Source: a virus (Duplodnaviria; Caudoviricetes). From it: a stretch of DNA of 55,866 bases. Positions 28,220 through 36,841 of the stretch are shown here, piece after piece. The notes beneath the pieces are model-generated. The model was not told the origin of the DNA. It saw nothing but the letters and a program-made list of their open reading frames with translations, and did no database searches. Position 1 is the first letter of the stretch, and each line of letters starts with the position of its first letter. The translations under genes were made by a program, and so were the position numbers. Location: positions 1 through 55,866 of the IMG/VR virus record IMGVR_UViG_3300033417_000010; one strand, given 5' to 3'.

Positions 28220-28962
28220 GCCACCCTCCGATGTTCGTGTACCCATTCCGCCGTCGGTTCCCCAAGCCGCTCCGCCGTCCAGCCCGAAAACGACCGCACC
28301 CGCCCGAGCAGCCGCGGCATCGCGCTCGTCCAGTTCTCCTGAAACCGCGTCTCGTCTCGCCAGTCGCGTCCGTTGTCGAAATGCCGACCCTCCATCGGTA
28401 CGCCGCAGAGCACGACCTTCTCGGCGCCCACCGCGAACGCCGCGGCGACGGCCATGCCGCCCGAGCTGCCGATCCAGTTCGCGACGAACCGGTCGACGTG
28501 GTGCGGCTGCTTGTCGCCGTTGCGCCTGAATGACCAGCGCACGTAGTCCGTGTTTCCGCCGTTCTCGCGACGGCGCTTCTCCCATTTCGGGAAGCTGCCG
28601 GGGTGCAGCGTCGCCCAGTGATCGATCCGGCCGCGGTACGCATAGCCGGCGTTGTTGCAGACGATCACCGGGCCGGGCCACGGATCCGCGAGCGCTCGCG
28701 CCATCTCCAGGTCGTCCCAGAGCGACCAGCCACCGCCGAGCACCAGCGCGACGACACCGGGCACGGCCGGCACCTCGATCTCCTCGGGAACGATGGGTGA
28801 TGCGAGCGGAGGCTGCTGGACGGGCCGAGCGCGGGCTGGCGGCTTCGCCCTCGAGTGCCACGTGAAACTCCCGTTGCGGCAGAGACCGCGATGGCCGGGC
28901 GCGAGAACGCAGGGTCGGCGCGGCGGGTCGATGCGGACGGTGCCGCAGCGGTAGTCACTCAT
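28216..28962 (-). CDS. Maf/DUF115/sialyltransferase-like protein, paralogue 1, with N-terminal Cys/His domain
   Basis: ALVLGGGWSLWDD, IVCN, DHWATLH, GSSGGMAV, VVLCGVPM, RVRSFSGWT motifs. Confidence 0.65.
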   Translation of the reverse strand: MSDYRCGTVRIDPPRRPCVLAPGHRGLCRNGSFTWHSRAKPPARARPVQQPPLASPIVPEEIEVPAVPGVVALVLGGGWSLWDDLEMARALADPWPGPVIVCNNAGYAYRGRIDHWATLHPGSFPKWEKRRRENGGNTDYVRWSFRRNGDKQPHHVDRFVANWIGSSGGMAVAAAFAVGAEKVVLCGVPMEGRHFDNGRDWRDETRFQENWTSAMPRLLGRVRSFSGWTAERLGEPTAEWVHEHRRVA

Positions 28963-29440
28963 GCCGCACTGCCGAGATCACCTTGATGTGGCGCTTCTCT
29001 GTCGGCGGCCAGTCACAGACGGTGCGGACGGTGTAGCCGAGCGAGCCGAAGAGCGCCCCGAACGCCTCGTACAGAGGGCCGGTATGCGTCTCCATGAGCC
29101 ACGCCCGCGGCCGACGCAACAGGTCAGCAGGCACGGAAAGCAGGAATCGTTCGCACTTCTCGCAGTCGATTTTCGCTATGTCGGGGTCGGTCAGCCGTAG
29201 TGTGTCGGCCGCATTCTCCTCAGATAGCGGCGCGATCACCGTCACGCGAGCATCCTTCAGAGCCAGGGCGCGGAGCTTCTCCACCCACTCCTCGGTACGC
29301 TCGCTGACGAAGACGTGGCGCGCGCCGCGGCCGAGAAACCACTCGGCAGTCGTGCCGTAATCCGCGCCGATGTCGAGCACCACGGCATCACTGTAGTCGA
29401 CGCTCCCGTACATCCGGGCATAGTCTCCGAATTCGCTCAT
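28955..29440 (-). CDS. SAM-dependent methyltransferase, FkbM-like
   Basis: VVLDIGADYG (motif I), KIDCE.CE and METH motifs. Confidence 0.75.
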   Translation of the reverse strand: MSEFGDYARMYGSVDYSDAVVLDIGADYGTTAEWFLGRGARHVFVSERTEEWVEKLRALALKDARVTVIAPLSEENAADTLRLTDPDIAKIDCEKCERFLLSVPADLLRRPRAWLMETHTGPLYEAFGALFGSLGYTVRTVCDWPPTEKRHIKVISAVRHE

Positions 29441-30213
29441 CCGACACCAGCCTCCCGGAGATTCCGCGCCATCGCTTCCGGCCATGTATCGCGCTTGTAG
29501 CCGTGGCGGTTCCGGACGCCACAGTAGGGATCCCAGCAGGCGCCCATGTCGATCTGGGTGACGGCTGGGAACTCGGCGGCGAGCCGCCAGATCAGTGGCT
29601 TGGCGGGGTAACCGAGCGACCATGTCACAACAGCATCGTCGGGAGCCGCAGCGAGTTCCCGCCGCACGGACTCATGAATCGGCCCGAACCACTCGAAGCC
29701 GCGCTCCAACGGCACCGACACCCATCCGGGAGCCTGAAGCACATCACGGACGAAGGACGCGGTGTTATTGGGTGCGACGACAATCAGATACCGACCACGG
29801 AGCGCCCGAATGAACGGCCCCATCTCGCCCCGTACGTTAGCCGACGAGATGATCTCCTTGTGCACCCAGCGCACGTTGCGCTCGCACTTGCCGAAGTCCG
29901 GATCAGTCAGCCGGTGCGGGTCGAGCTCCGGCACGTTGATCCCGTGATCGCGCAGCCACGCCTCAGCGGCCAGCCGCTTTTCGCTGCCGGGTCGGCCGGG
30001 GTTATATCCGTGGAACGTCAGGCGCGGTTCGAGGAGCACTTGCGCGAGGATCTTGCCGACCTCGGGGTTGAAGGCGCGACCGTCACTGTTCGTGCCGACC
30101 TTGCCGCCGATCGCCAGGAACTCGCCATCTCCGCCGACGTTGGCGTAGGTGAACGGCGTGCCGTCCTCGACCAGCTTCGTCCAGTCGCCGATGGTCTGCG
30201 GGACGGGGATCAT
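29437..30213 (-). CDS. GT-D fold (DUF1792/GT101-like) glycosyltransferase
   Basis: PFTYANVGGDGE (cf. RFGDGE), SLGYPAKPL and IDMGACWD motifs. Confidence 0.6.
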   Translation of the reverse strand: MIPVPQTIGDWTKLVEDGTPFTYANVGGDGEFLAIGGKVGTNSDGRAFNPEVGKILAQVLLEPRLTFHGYNPGRPGSEKRLAAEAWLRDHGINVPELDPHRLTDPDFGKCERNVRWVHKEIISSANVRGEMGPFIRALRGRYLIVVAPNNTASFVRDVLQAPGWVSVPLERGFEWFGPIHESVRRELAAAPDDAVVTWSLGYPAKPLIWRLAAEFPAVTQIDMGACWDPYCGVRNRHGYKRDTWPEAMARNLREAGVG

Positions 30214-30920
30214 GTGGGCCTCGTCTGGATCAGGTTCATCAATTGTCGCTTCCGATTGCTCCGCGGGCTGGTCTGCCGCCGCTGCGCGCGGTTGTCGCGA
30301 CTTGCGATCGTGTGCTCGATGATACGCGGCTCGTCGTGAGGGTATGCCCAGGCCTTGTCGAACACGTAACAGTACCGCCCGGGCAGGCTCGCGACCCGGA
30401 GATCCTTCATGCACGTCGTAAGGAACCACAGATTCTTTTGACCGCCACCCTCAACAAGTCGCCGCTCGCGGAGCGTCGCATTCAACGCGATCCAGGTATC
30501 GAGTAGGTGCCGGGCGCCATCAGTGTCGCCGAAGAACAGGGTCCCTGAGAGCAGCCGGTGCTGTCGGTTGCAACGCTGACCAGCGAGGCAGGCACATACA
30601 TCGTTCTTTCTGTGGCCACCCGCTGGGCCCGCGAACCAATGAACGCCGAAGTCCATACCCTGCGCGCCCAGATTCTCGAAGTAGGCGTCGCACTTCGCGT
30701 GGACGAACGCGTCGACGTCTACATAGAGCATCGGTCCGCTCACGGCCCGCCGGGCCTCGCGGATCGCCTCCGGCTTGATCGCGGTGTTCGCGTACCAGTC
30801 GCCCGCGTCGGCGTATCCCTTGATGCGGTGGCGCATCCCGACGCGCTCGAGACTGGCTTGCAGCAGCCGCGCCTCGTGCTCATAGGGCGTGCCGAGCGAG
30901 TAGTACGCGACGACTATCAC
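30210..30920 (-). CDS. GT-A nucleotide-diphospho-sugar transferase
   Basis: W..NTAIKP..I, LYVDVDA (DxD), SGTLFF, Y.YVFD..IIEH motifs. Confidence 0.8.
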   Translation of the reverse strand: MIVVAYYSLGTPYEHEARLLQASLERVGMRHRIKGYADAGDWYANTAIKPEAIREARRAVSGPMLYVDVDAFVHAKCDAYFENLGAQGMDFGVHWFAGPAGGHRKNDVCACLAGQRCNRQHRLLSGTLFFGDTDGARHLLDTWIALNATLRERRLVEGGGQKNLWFLTTCMKDLRVASLPGRYCYVFDKAWAYPHDEPRIIEHTIASRDNRAQRRQTSPRSNRKRQLMNLIQTRPT

Positions 30921-30926
30921 AACCGC

Positions 30927-31526
30927 TCAGGCGCCCTGAATGGTGTGCGTGAACGTATGCGTCACGTAGTCCTCGGCCTCGTAGACGCTGTCGAACTCGC
31001 GCAGCTCTTCGGCGCCCAGCGGCATCTCGACACCCACCCTGTCGGGCTCGCCCCATCGGAGCATCCGTCCGAGACACTCGAAAGAACCGTCCGTCTTGCG
31101 GTGGTAGAAGTACCGCTCTGGTCCATCGATCGAGAACCACTTCGTGTAGAAGAGCGGCTCGTGCTGTCCGGCCGCGGCGTAGACGCCTTCCGTCATCGTC
31201 CGATACGACGAGAACTGCTCGAACTCCGGCGGCTTCGGCAGCGGGAACACCGGGGCTGTGCGCTCCGGCTTCTCGCGGTTCCAGCGCGGCCGGATCTTCA
31301 GCTTCAGCGGCTCAGATTGCTCGACGTCGAAACCACTGAGGTCGATCGAGCCGCCCCGGTTGTTGATGCGAAGATCGAGGGATTCGCGACTGTGCATGAC
31401 ATCCTCGCCCATTGACTTCGGACGCTGCCACTCGATGAAGATCGTGGACACGGCCGAGTCTGACGGTCCGTTCTCGCTCGGCGCCTTGATGCTCAGGCCG
31501 TTATGACTGAATACCGATAGCTGCAT
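30927..31526 (-). CDS. Hypothetical protein within the glycan cluster
   Basis: 199 aa ORF filling the gap; no motif recognised. Confidence 0.6.
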   Translation of the reverse strand: MQLSVFSHNGLSIKAPSENGPSDSAVSTIFIEWQRPKSMGEDVMHSRESLDLRINNRGGSIDLSGFDVEQSEPLKLKIRPRWNREKPERTAPVFPLPKPPEFEQFSSYRTMTEGVYAAAGQHEPLFYTKWFSIDGPERYFYHRKTDGSFECLGRMLRWGEPDRVGVEMPLGAEELREFDSVYEAEDYVTHTFTHTIQGA

Positions 31527-32322
31527 TGAGAATCTCCATCGTTCGCGTGAACACCCTGTCCGGATCGTCCCACGCATGCTTCGCCAACTCGATCGGCGAT
31601 CCGGTGTGGTTCGCTTCGTGGTACCGGTGCATCTTCACTGGCCAGTACTGCGGCTCCATCGGCCGGCCGTGCTCGTCGTTCACGGAGCCCGGAGCGACCA
31701 GCCCGTCGGCGTGCGTGATCATGAGCAGCGGCCGGCCGCAGAGCACGGCGAGATGCGCGAGGCCGGCATCGGTCGCGACGACGAGCCTGGCGGAGTGCAT
31801 GGCCTCGATCGTCGCGTCGAGCTGGCGGTCGAGGTCCCATGCCTTCGGGCACGGTACGTCGAACGACGAATCGGCCGCGCCGCCCGCGAACACATTCAGA
31901 CCTTCGGCGTTCAGCCGCGCCGTCAGGTCCACCCAGTGCGGCCAGTTCTTCTCGGCGCCGTAGTTGCGCCAGCGCGGGCAGACGACGACGTCGCACGAGA
32001 CGCCCTGCGGCCAGTGCGGCCGCGGCACGAATCGCTTCCGCGGCCAGCGGTCTGACGGCTTCAGCAGCTCGGCGGCCGGGAATCGCCACCTGGCCACCGC
32101 CTCGAATACGGGCGTGCCATCATCCTTCGCGTAGTTGTTGCGGCGCCTGTCATCGTGCTGGCGGTCGACCTCGGTCCATTCGCGGGCCGACGGATACAGC
32201 GCCTGCTCGCCAGCCTCGATGTAGCAGACGTCCGGCTCGATTGCGTGCACGGCAGGGACGTGCCACCATAGTTTAAGCCCGAACTCGCCGCGAAACGGCA
32301 GGACGACATTCATGACCTTCAT
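31501..32322 (-). CDS. GT-B glycosyltransferase, GT9 (heptosyltransferase)-like
   Basis: GEFG near the N-terminus, EKNWPHW and VATDAGLAHLAVLCGRP motifs. Confidence 0.8.
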   Translation of the reverse strand: MKVMNVVLPFRGEFGLKLWWHVPAVHAIEPDVCYIEAGEQALYPSAREWTEVDRQHDDRRRNNYAKDDGTPVFEAVARWRFPAAELLKPSDRWPRKRFVPRPHWPQGVSCDVVVCPRWRNYGAEKNWPHWVDLTARLNAEGLNVFAGGAADSSFDVPCPKAWDLDRQLDATIEAMHSARLVVATDAGLAHLAVLCGRPLLMITHADGLVAPGSVNDEHGRPMEPQYWPVKMHRYHEANHTGSPIELAKHAWDDPDRVFTRTMEILNAAIGIQS

Positions 32323-33200
32323 GACCGCCTCCGGTGTATCTGCTCGAGCGCATCGAGCAGCTGTCGTCGCTCCGCCGCCACGGCCTCGCGCACCGCCTCG
32401 TAGTCGTCCTCGGCCATCAGCGCACGTCGCCGATATGCCTCGCGGGCGTTCCCGCAGATCTCGCAGGTGACGGCCTCGTCAACGTCGCGACAGTGCAGCG
32501 TCAGCCGCGCGCCGCAAACCGCCACCCGCTCCGGCGGGGAGATGACGTGAACGACGTTCATTTCATCCGCGAAGAAGTGCGGGGGCAGTTCCCACCAGAG
32601 CGGATACCCCTGCTCGCGGAGCCACTCGCCGTGGACGTCCTCGATCGCGAGGATCTCCGAGGGGCCGAGATCGCGCCGCCAGTCCGACGCGGTGCGGTGC
32701 CCAGCATGCAACTGCGTGAGCGGGTCCACGCCACGCGACGGCTCGCGCAGCGCGTCGACGCACCGCACGACGTAGTGCGGGTCGGCGTCACTGCCGATCG
32801 CCTCGAGGATGCTCCGTGTGGTGTCGACGGGATGTTCGACCGCCTCCTCGTAGCGCACGATCAGGTGCGCCGCGCCCTGCCAGGACAGCCATTCGCGGCG
32901 GAGCAGGTTGCTGAGCCACTCGACGATCCGGTCGCGGTCGCGCGGCACCATGCGCCTCCGGACCGCGGACGCGGCAACGGCGCGGAGGTCACGGATCGTC
33001 ATGACGATCGCGTCGGCGTTCAGGAACCAGTGCTGCCAGCCGTGCGCCTTCACGACGTGTTTCGGCCGGCGGTTCTCGCGGTCGTAGCGGTCCTCGAAGG
33101 CCGCGTAGACGTCCTCGCCGAGCCCGATCCGGATCGTGTTGTAGAGCCATGTCGAGCCGGACCGGTGCAGGCCGCCGGAGATCACAGTGATCCGGTTCAC
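32319..33200 (-). CDS. Sulfotransferase-family protein with C-terminal Zn-finger-like extension
   Basis: 5'-PSB loop GLHRSGSTWLYN, VKAH, 3'-PB RDLR..AAS, IVRYE; tail H..C..CEIC. Confidence 0.8.
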   Translation of the reverse strand: MNRITVISGGLHRSGSTWLYNTIRIGLGEDVYAAFEDRYDRENRRPKHVVKAHGWQHWFLNADAIVMTIRDLRAVAASAVRRRMVPRDRDRIVEWLSNLLRREWLSWQGAAHLIVRYEEAVEHPVDTTRSILEAIGSDADPHYVVRCVDALREPSRGVDPLTQLHAGHRTASDWRRDLGPSEILAIEDVHGEWLREQGYPLWWELPPHFFADEMNVVHVISPPERVAVCGARLTLHCRDVDEAVTCEICGNAREAYRRRALMAEDDYEAVREAVAAERRQLLDALEQIHRRRS

Positions 33201-33844
33201 GCGACCGCCTCCCATCGCTGACGCAGCCAGTGCGTCGGCTCGAGTTCCGTCATCCGCGGCCGGCCGTGCATGCAGACGACGCGAGCGTTCTCGGGCAGCC
33301 CGGTCCGGCAGTGCGCCTTGCTCGAGACGACCAGCCCGGGCCAGAGGTCCTGGATGAAGTGGCCGCGGCCCATGAACCGCTTCGTGAACTCATCCGAACG
33401 GCGCCGGAAGGTTCGCATGTGAGCCTCGGGATCCTTCGTGAACTCGCGGTAGATGTCGGCCATCTCGTCACCGATCCAGAGCATCATGCCGGAACCGATC
33501 ATGTTCTCGCGGTAGCGGAAGAAGTCACGCAGGAACGCTCGAGGCCCGGTGTAGCCCGTGAACGGCACCAGGTCACCGGTGATCACGGTGTCGAGGTCGA
33601 CGTAGATCACGAGATCGTCGAACAGGCTGGTCGTGAACAGCTCCTGCTTCGCCCACCAGCCCGGCCAGTCGTGACGAAGCGGTTCGACGCAGACTCCGCG
33701 ATCTATTCCGCGCGGGTCGTCCGTGAGACAGACAAAGTCGTGGTCGACGGGAAGGTGACGCTGCACCCCGGCATACAGCCGGTTCACCCATTCGGCGGTG
33801 TACGTCCCGCCGCCGGTCCGAAGCACCGTGACGACCGTGATCAC
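33197..33844 (-). CDS. GT-A glycosyltransferase, GT8-like
   Basis: FVCLTD, GWWAKQELF, YVDLDTVI, VCMHGRP motifs. Confidence 0.8.
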   Translation of the reverse strand: MITVVTVLRTGGGTYTAEWVNRLYAGVQRHLPVDHDFVCLTDDPRGIDRGVCVEPLRHDWPGWWAKQELFTTSLFDDLVIYVDLDTVITGDLVPFTGYTGPRAFLRDFFRYRENMIGSGMMLWIGDEMADIYREFTKDPEAHMRTFRRRSDEFTKRFMGRGHFIQDLWPGLVVSSKAHCRTGLPENARVVCMHGRPRMTELEPTHWLRQRWEAVA

Positions 33845-34098
33845 TGTCGCGCTGCCTCCGCTGCCATCCGCAGCACATCATCACCGCTCGGCCGAACGAT
33901 GCGGCTGTCGGTGCGCACGGCCGCCGCCTGGACGTCGAGTCGGAACGCCGAATCCTCAATGCGCCGGCCACGGACCAGCCGATAGACGTGCCCGTCCGCC
34001 GCCAGCCAGACCCAGCCTTGCGACGTCAGTCGTGGGCCGGGCTCGAACCGCTTCCGGTCGATCTCACCGCGCTCGCGGCGCTGCCTCGCCTCACCCAT
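33841..34098 (-). CDS. Hypothetical protein
   Basis: Coupled overlaps. Confidence 0.55.
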   Translation of the reverse strand: MGEARQRRERGEIDRKRFEPGPRLTSQGWVWLAADGHVYRLVRGRRIEDSAFRLDVQAAAVRTDSRIVRPSGDDVLRMAAEAARQ

Positions 34099-34279
34099 CG
34101 CGGGGCTCGCTCGGCTCTGCCGTCAGCGCGGCAAGTTCAGCACGGCACTCGGCGAGGCGTTCGGAGGACGCGTCGATGTGAAACTTCCCGCCGAGATCGT
34201 CCAGCAGCGCCGTCAGTGCCGGAGCCTTCACGCCTCGGGCGACCAGCTGCTGCGTCGTGAGCTTCGTCAGGTCACTCAT
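34091..34279 (-). CDS. Hypothetical protein
   Basis: Coupled overlaps. Confidence 0.55.
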   Translation of the reverse strand: MSDLTKLTTQQLVARGVKAPALTALLDDLGGKFHIDASSERLAECRAELAALTAEPSEPRDG

Positions 34280-34755
34280 GACAGAAGCCGATCGGCGGGC
34301 TGCACGTAGAACAACGGCGGCGGCTCGGTGGCTTCCGTAATCGTGATCTCGACACGTTCCGGTTCGCCCCAGCGCTTCTCCAGCCGCTCGATCACGATCT
34401 GGCTGTCATCGGCGTACAGGACGCCGGTCAGTGCGTCTTCGACGCCGCGCGCCAGCTTGAGAACGTCCGGCCGCTTCGCCGGGAACGATTCCCGTTGCCC
34501 CTTCGCCGACAGCCCGCCCCTGCTCGTGAAGTGCCCCTTCGGCCGAGCAACGTAGAACACGAAATGCACGTCGAGCGGGTCGCGAAGCAGGCCACTACCG
34601 TTGACGTGACGGCCGGCAACCTGCGCGACCTCGGCCTTCCAGGGCTTCGAGTTCTTGTTGGCGTCGGTGAGAACGACGCGGTTGCTGTTCTTGAGCCGGA
34701 ATGCGCGCTTGCTGCCGGCGGGCTTCGCCGTGCCGAACACAGTGAACTGGATCAC
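34276..34755 (-). CDS. rusA: RusA-family Holliday junction resolvase
   Basis: G..KPAGSKR, RPD..KL.R.VEDALTG..Y.DDSQIV motifs. Confidence 0.9.
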   Translation of the reverse strand: MIQFTVFGTAKPAGSKRAFRLKNSNRVVLTDANKNSKPWKAEVAQVAGRHVNGSGLLRDPLDVHFVFYVARPKGHFTSRGGLSAKGQRESFPAKRPDVLKLARGVEDALTGVLYADDSQIVIERLEKRWGEPERVEITITEATEPPPLFYVQPADRLLS

Positions 34756-34756
34756 G

Positions 34757-35110
34757 TCATTCCTCCCTTCGCTGTCGCGCGACGATGCTGCCGATCGTCC
34801 CCGTGCTCAGCGCGAACCGCTCCCCGATCTCTCGGTAGATCATCGTCTCGGCGAGCTGCGCTATGCGTCGCTTCGTGGATCGGTCGATCCGCCGCGGCGG
34901 TTCCGGCGGCTCGCGGCCCACGGCTTCGGCGACGTGCACCCAGCGCTTGTGGTGGTGGATCATGCTGATGCACTCCTCGGTGACGCCGAACGCGGCCGCG
35001 ATGTCGCCGAAGTACTGGCCGTCGTCGATCCGGTCGTAGATCTCGCAGACGTTGTCTTCGGTCAGCCGGGCGTTCGGGTGATCCTCGCCCTGCGGTTGTG
35101 GCATCTTCAT
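34757..35110 (-). CDS. Double-HTH DNA-binding protein
   Basis: GE.HPNARLTED.V.EI..IAAAFGV (HNH-associated HTH) plus a second HTH YREIGERFALS. Confidence 0.65.
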   Translation of the reverse strand: MKMPQPQGEDHPNARLTEDNVCEIYDRIDDGQYFGDIAAAFGVTEECISMIHHHKRWVHVAEAVGREPPEPPRRIDRSTKRRIAQLAETMIYREIGERFALSTGTIGSIVARQRREE

Positions 35111-35706
35111 TCCTCCCGGAATAGGTCTGCGACGCTGCAGCCGAGCGCGGCCGCCACGAGATCGATGTCGCCGAGCAGCCCGCCCTTGCCGCTCTCCATG
35201 AGCGTGATCGCCTTCATGGGCACGCCGGTCACTTCGTGGATATCGGCGCGCGAGATCTCCATGTCCGCACGGCGCGCGGCGACAGCACGAGCGAGCAGCC
35301 CCTCGGCCGACAGGCCGTCTCTCACGCGCATCGTCGGCCTCGGCCTCGGCCTCGGCTTCGGCTTCGTGTTCGGCCGCTTCGGAGCGGCGGCGGCGGCGTC
35401 CGTCGACGCGTCGCCCCGGAACAGCTGGACGATCTTGCGGACTATCGGCGTGATGCGCTGGGCCGGCCCGCCGTACTCGGTCTCGAGCTGACCGGGGCGA
35501 GCGTGTGAGCATCCGACGACCTTCGCGACGTCGGGCTGCGACATGCCGCGTTCGGCACGCTTCAGTCGGAGCCATGGACCGAACCGCACGCCGTCGACCA
35601 TCACGATACCGTCGCGGACCTCGATGCCACCCTCTGGCAGCGCCCCGCCACCGGACGGACGAGCTGCTGCACTCGTCGGACCCCATCCCACGGAGACGAC
35701 AATCAC
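35107..35706 (-). CDS. Tandem XRE-family HTH regulator
   Basis: RAERGMSQPDVAKVVG and RRADMEISRAD..MESGK..VAAALGCSVADLF, joined by a Pro/Arg linker. Confidence 0.75.
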   Translation of the reverse strand: MIVVSVGWGPTSAAARPSGGGALPEGGIEVRDGIVMVDGVRFGPWLRLKRAERGMSQPDVAKVVGCSHARPGQLETEYGGPAQRITPIVRKIVQLFRGDASTDAAAAAPKRPNTKPKPRPRPRPTMRVRDGLSAEGLLARAVAARRADMEISRADIHEVTGVPMKAITLMESGKGGLLGDIDLVAAALGCSVADLFREE

Positions 35707-35933
35707 AAGCGGCCACCCATCGAGCGCGGTCCGGTGATCGATCTGCGGAAGACCAGGCCGGCGACGAAGCCGAAGCGCAAGCCGGCGCGGCCGGCCTGAA
35801 TTGCCGGCCAGCTCGAACGGAGCCCGTCCATCCGCAGCATCCGCTCGAGCCAGGCGGTGTCGACGCGACGCAGGCTGTCGACATAGTGACTCGGCCTTTT
35901 CACGGGCCGTCGGGTTGCGTTGGGGCGGGTCAT
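35703..35933 (-). CDS. Hypothetical protein
   Basis: Coupled overlaps. Confidence 0.45.
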   Translation of the reverse strand: MTRPNATRRPVKRPSHYVDSLRRVDTAWLERMLRMDGLRSSWPAIQAGRAGLRFGFVAGLVFRRSITGPRSMGGRL

Positions 35934-36841
35934 CAGTCGAACCGCCTGTCGCGGCCGTCGACGGGGACGGTGTTGCAGTATGCCGGGCCGAGCCGGCTGA
36001 TGAAGCGCTTCAGCTCCGGTCGCTGCCGCTCGAGCTGCTCGAACGAGAGATTCGCCGTGATCAGGGTCGGAGCGAGGGCCCGCTCTGACACAATCAGCGT
36101 CAGGTGGCGGGCGACGTCCTCACTGGCGCGTTCGGTGCCGAGATCGTCGAGCACCCAGAGCCGCGCGGCGATCCGCTTCTCGAGGACGGCGAGCGTCGAG
36201 GACTCGTGGCGGCCATACGTGTCCTGGATCCGGGCGATCAGCGTGTCGGCCCGATCGAAGATCAACGCCCGCGGGTCGACGTGCGGATGCAGCGCCAGGT
36301 GGCGAAGAACGGCGACGGCGAGGTGCGTCTTCCCGGTGCCGGTGTCGCCGTGCAGGTAGAGCGCCGGCACCGGGTCGTACTTGCCCGCGGCGATCGAGGC
36401 CTCGGCGAAGCGGCGCGCCTCATCGAGCGGTTCGGACCCGGACTCTGACGCGTCGAACGAATCGAGCGTGGCGCGGCCGTGGTCACGGACGTTGACGCCG
36501 CATTTCGTCAGGATCTCGAGGATCTTCGGGCCGCGCTCCTCGGCGACCTTCCGGGCCCGCTCCTGCGCCGCTTCGATCTCTGCCTGGCGCGACCGTGCGC
36601 AGATCGAGCAGTGCGTCTGCTTCAGCGTCCGCCCGTCGATCTCGACCGGCAGATAGACGAAGTTGTTGCCGCAGCTCTCGCACTTCGCGGACTTCGCCGC
36701 CGGCGAGGTATCAACCAGCTGAGCCATGCTTGCGACGCCGTCGATGGTCCTGGCTTCCTGCGCCGGCAATCCCTGCTGCTGCCGGAGCTCCGCGCGGCGA
36801 CGGAGCAGATCCTCCGGCCGTACGTCCGTTGCTCGGTCCAT
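35933..36841 (-). CDS. DnaC/IstB-like ATPase (helicase loader)
   Basis: CxxC..CxxC, GDTGTGKTHLA, LDDLGTE, TANL motifs. Confidence 0.9.
   Translation of the reverse strand: MDRATDVRPEDLLRRRAELRQQQGLPAQEARTIDGVASMAQLVDTSPAAKSAKCESCGNNFVYLPVEIDGRTLKQTHCSICARSRQAEIEAAQERARKVAEERGPKILEILTKCGVNVRDHGRATLDSFDASESGSEPLDEARRFAEASIAAGKYDPVPALYLHGDTGTGKTHLAVAVLRHLALHPHVDPRALIFDRADTLIARIQDTYGRHESSTLAVLEKRIAARLWVLDDLGTERASEDVARHLTLIVSERALAPTLITANLSFEQLERQRPELKRFISRLGPAYCNTVPVDGRDRRFD

Noticed and set aside
26958-33844. Classical gtrABC serotype conversion or T4-like DNA glucosylation
   Set aside because: No flippase, bactoprenol GT or membrane GT, and no hydroxymethylase, TET-like gene or DNA polymerase recognised. 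DNA or LPS targets are disfavoured, not excluded.
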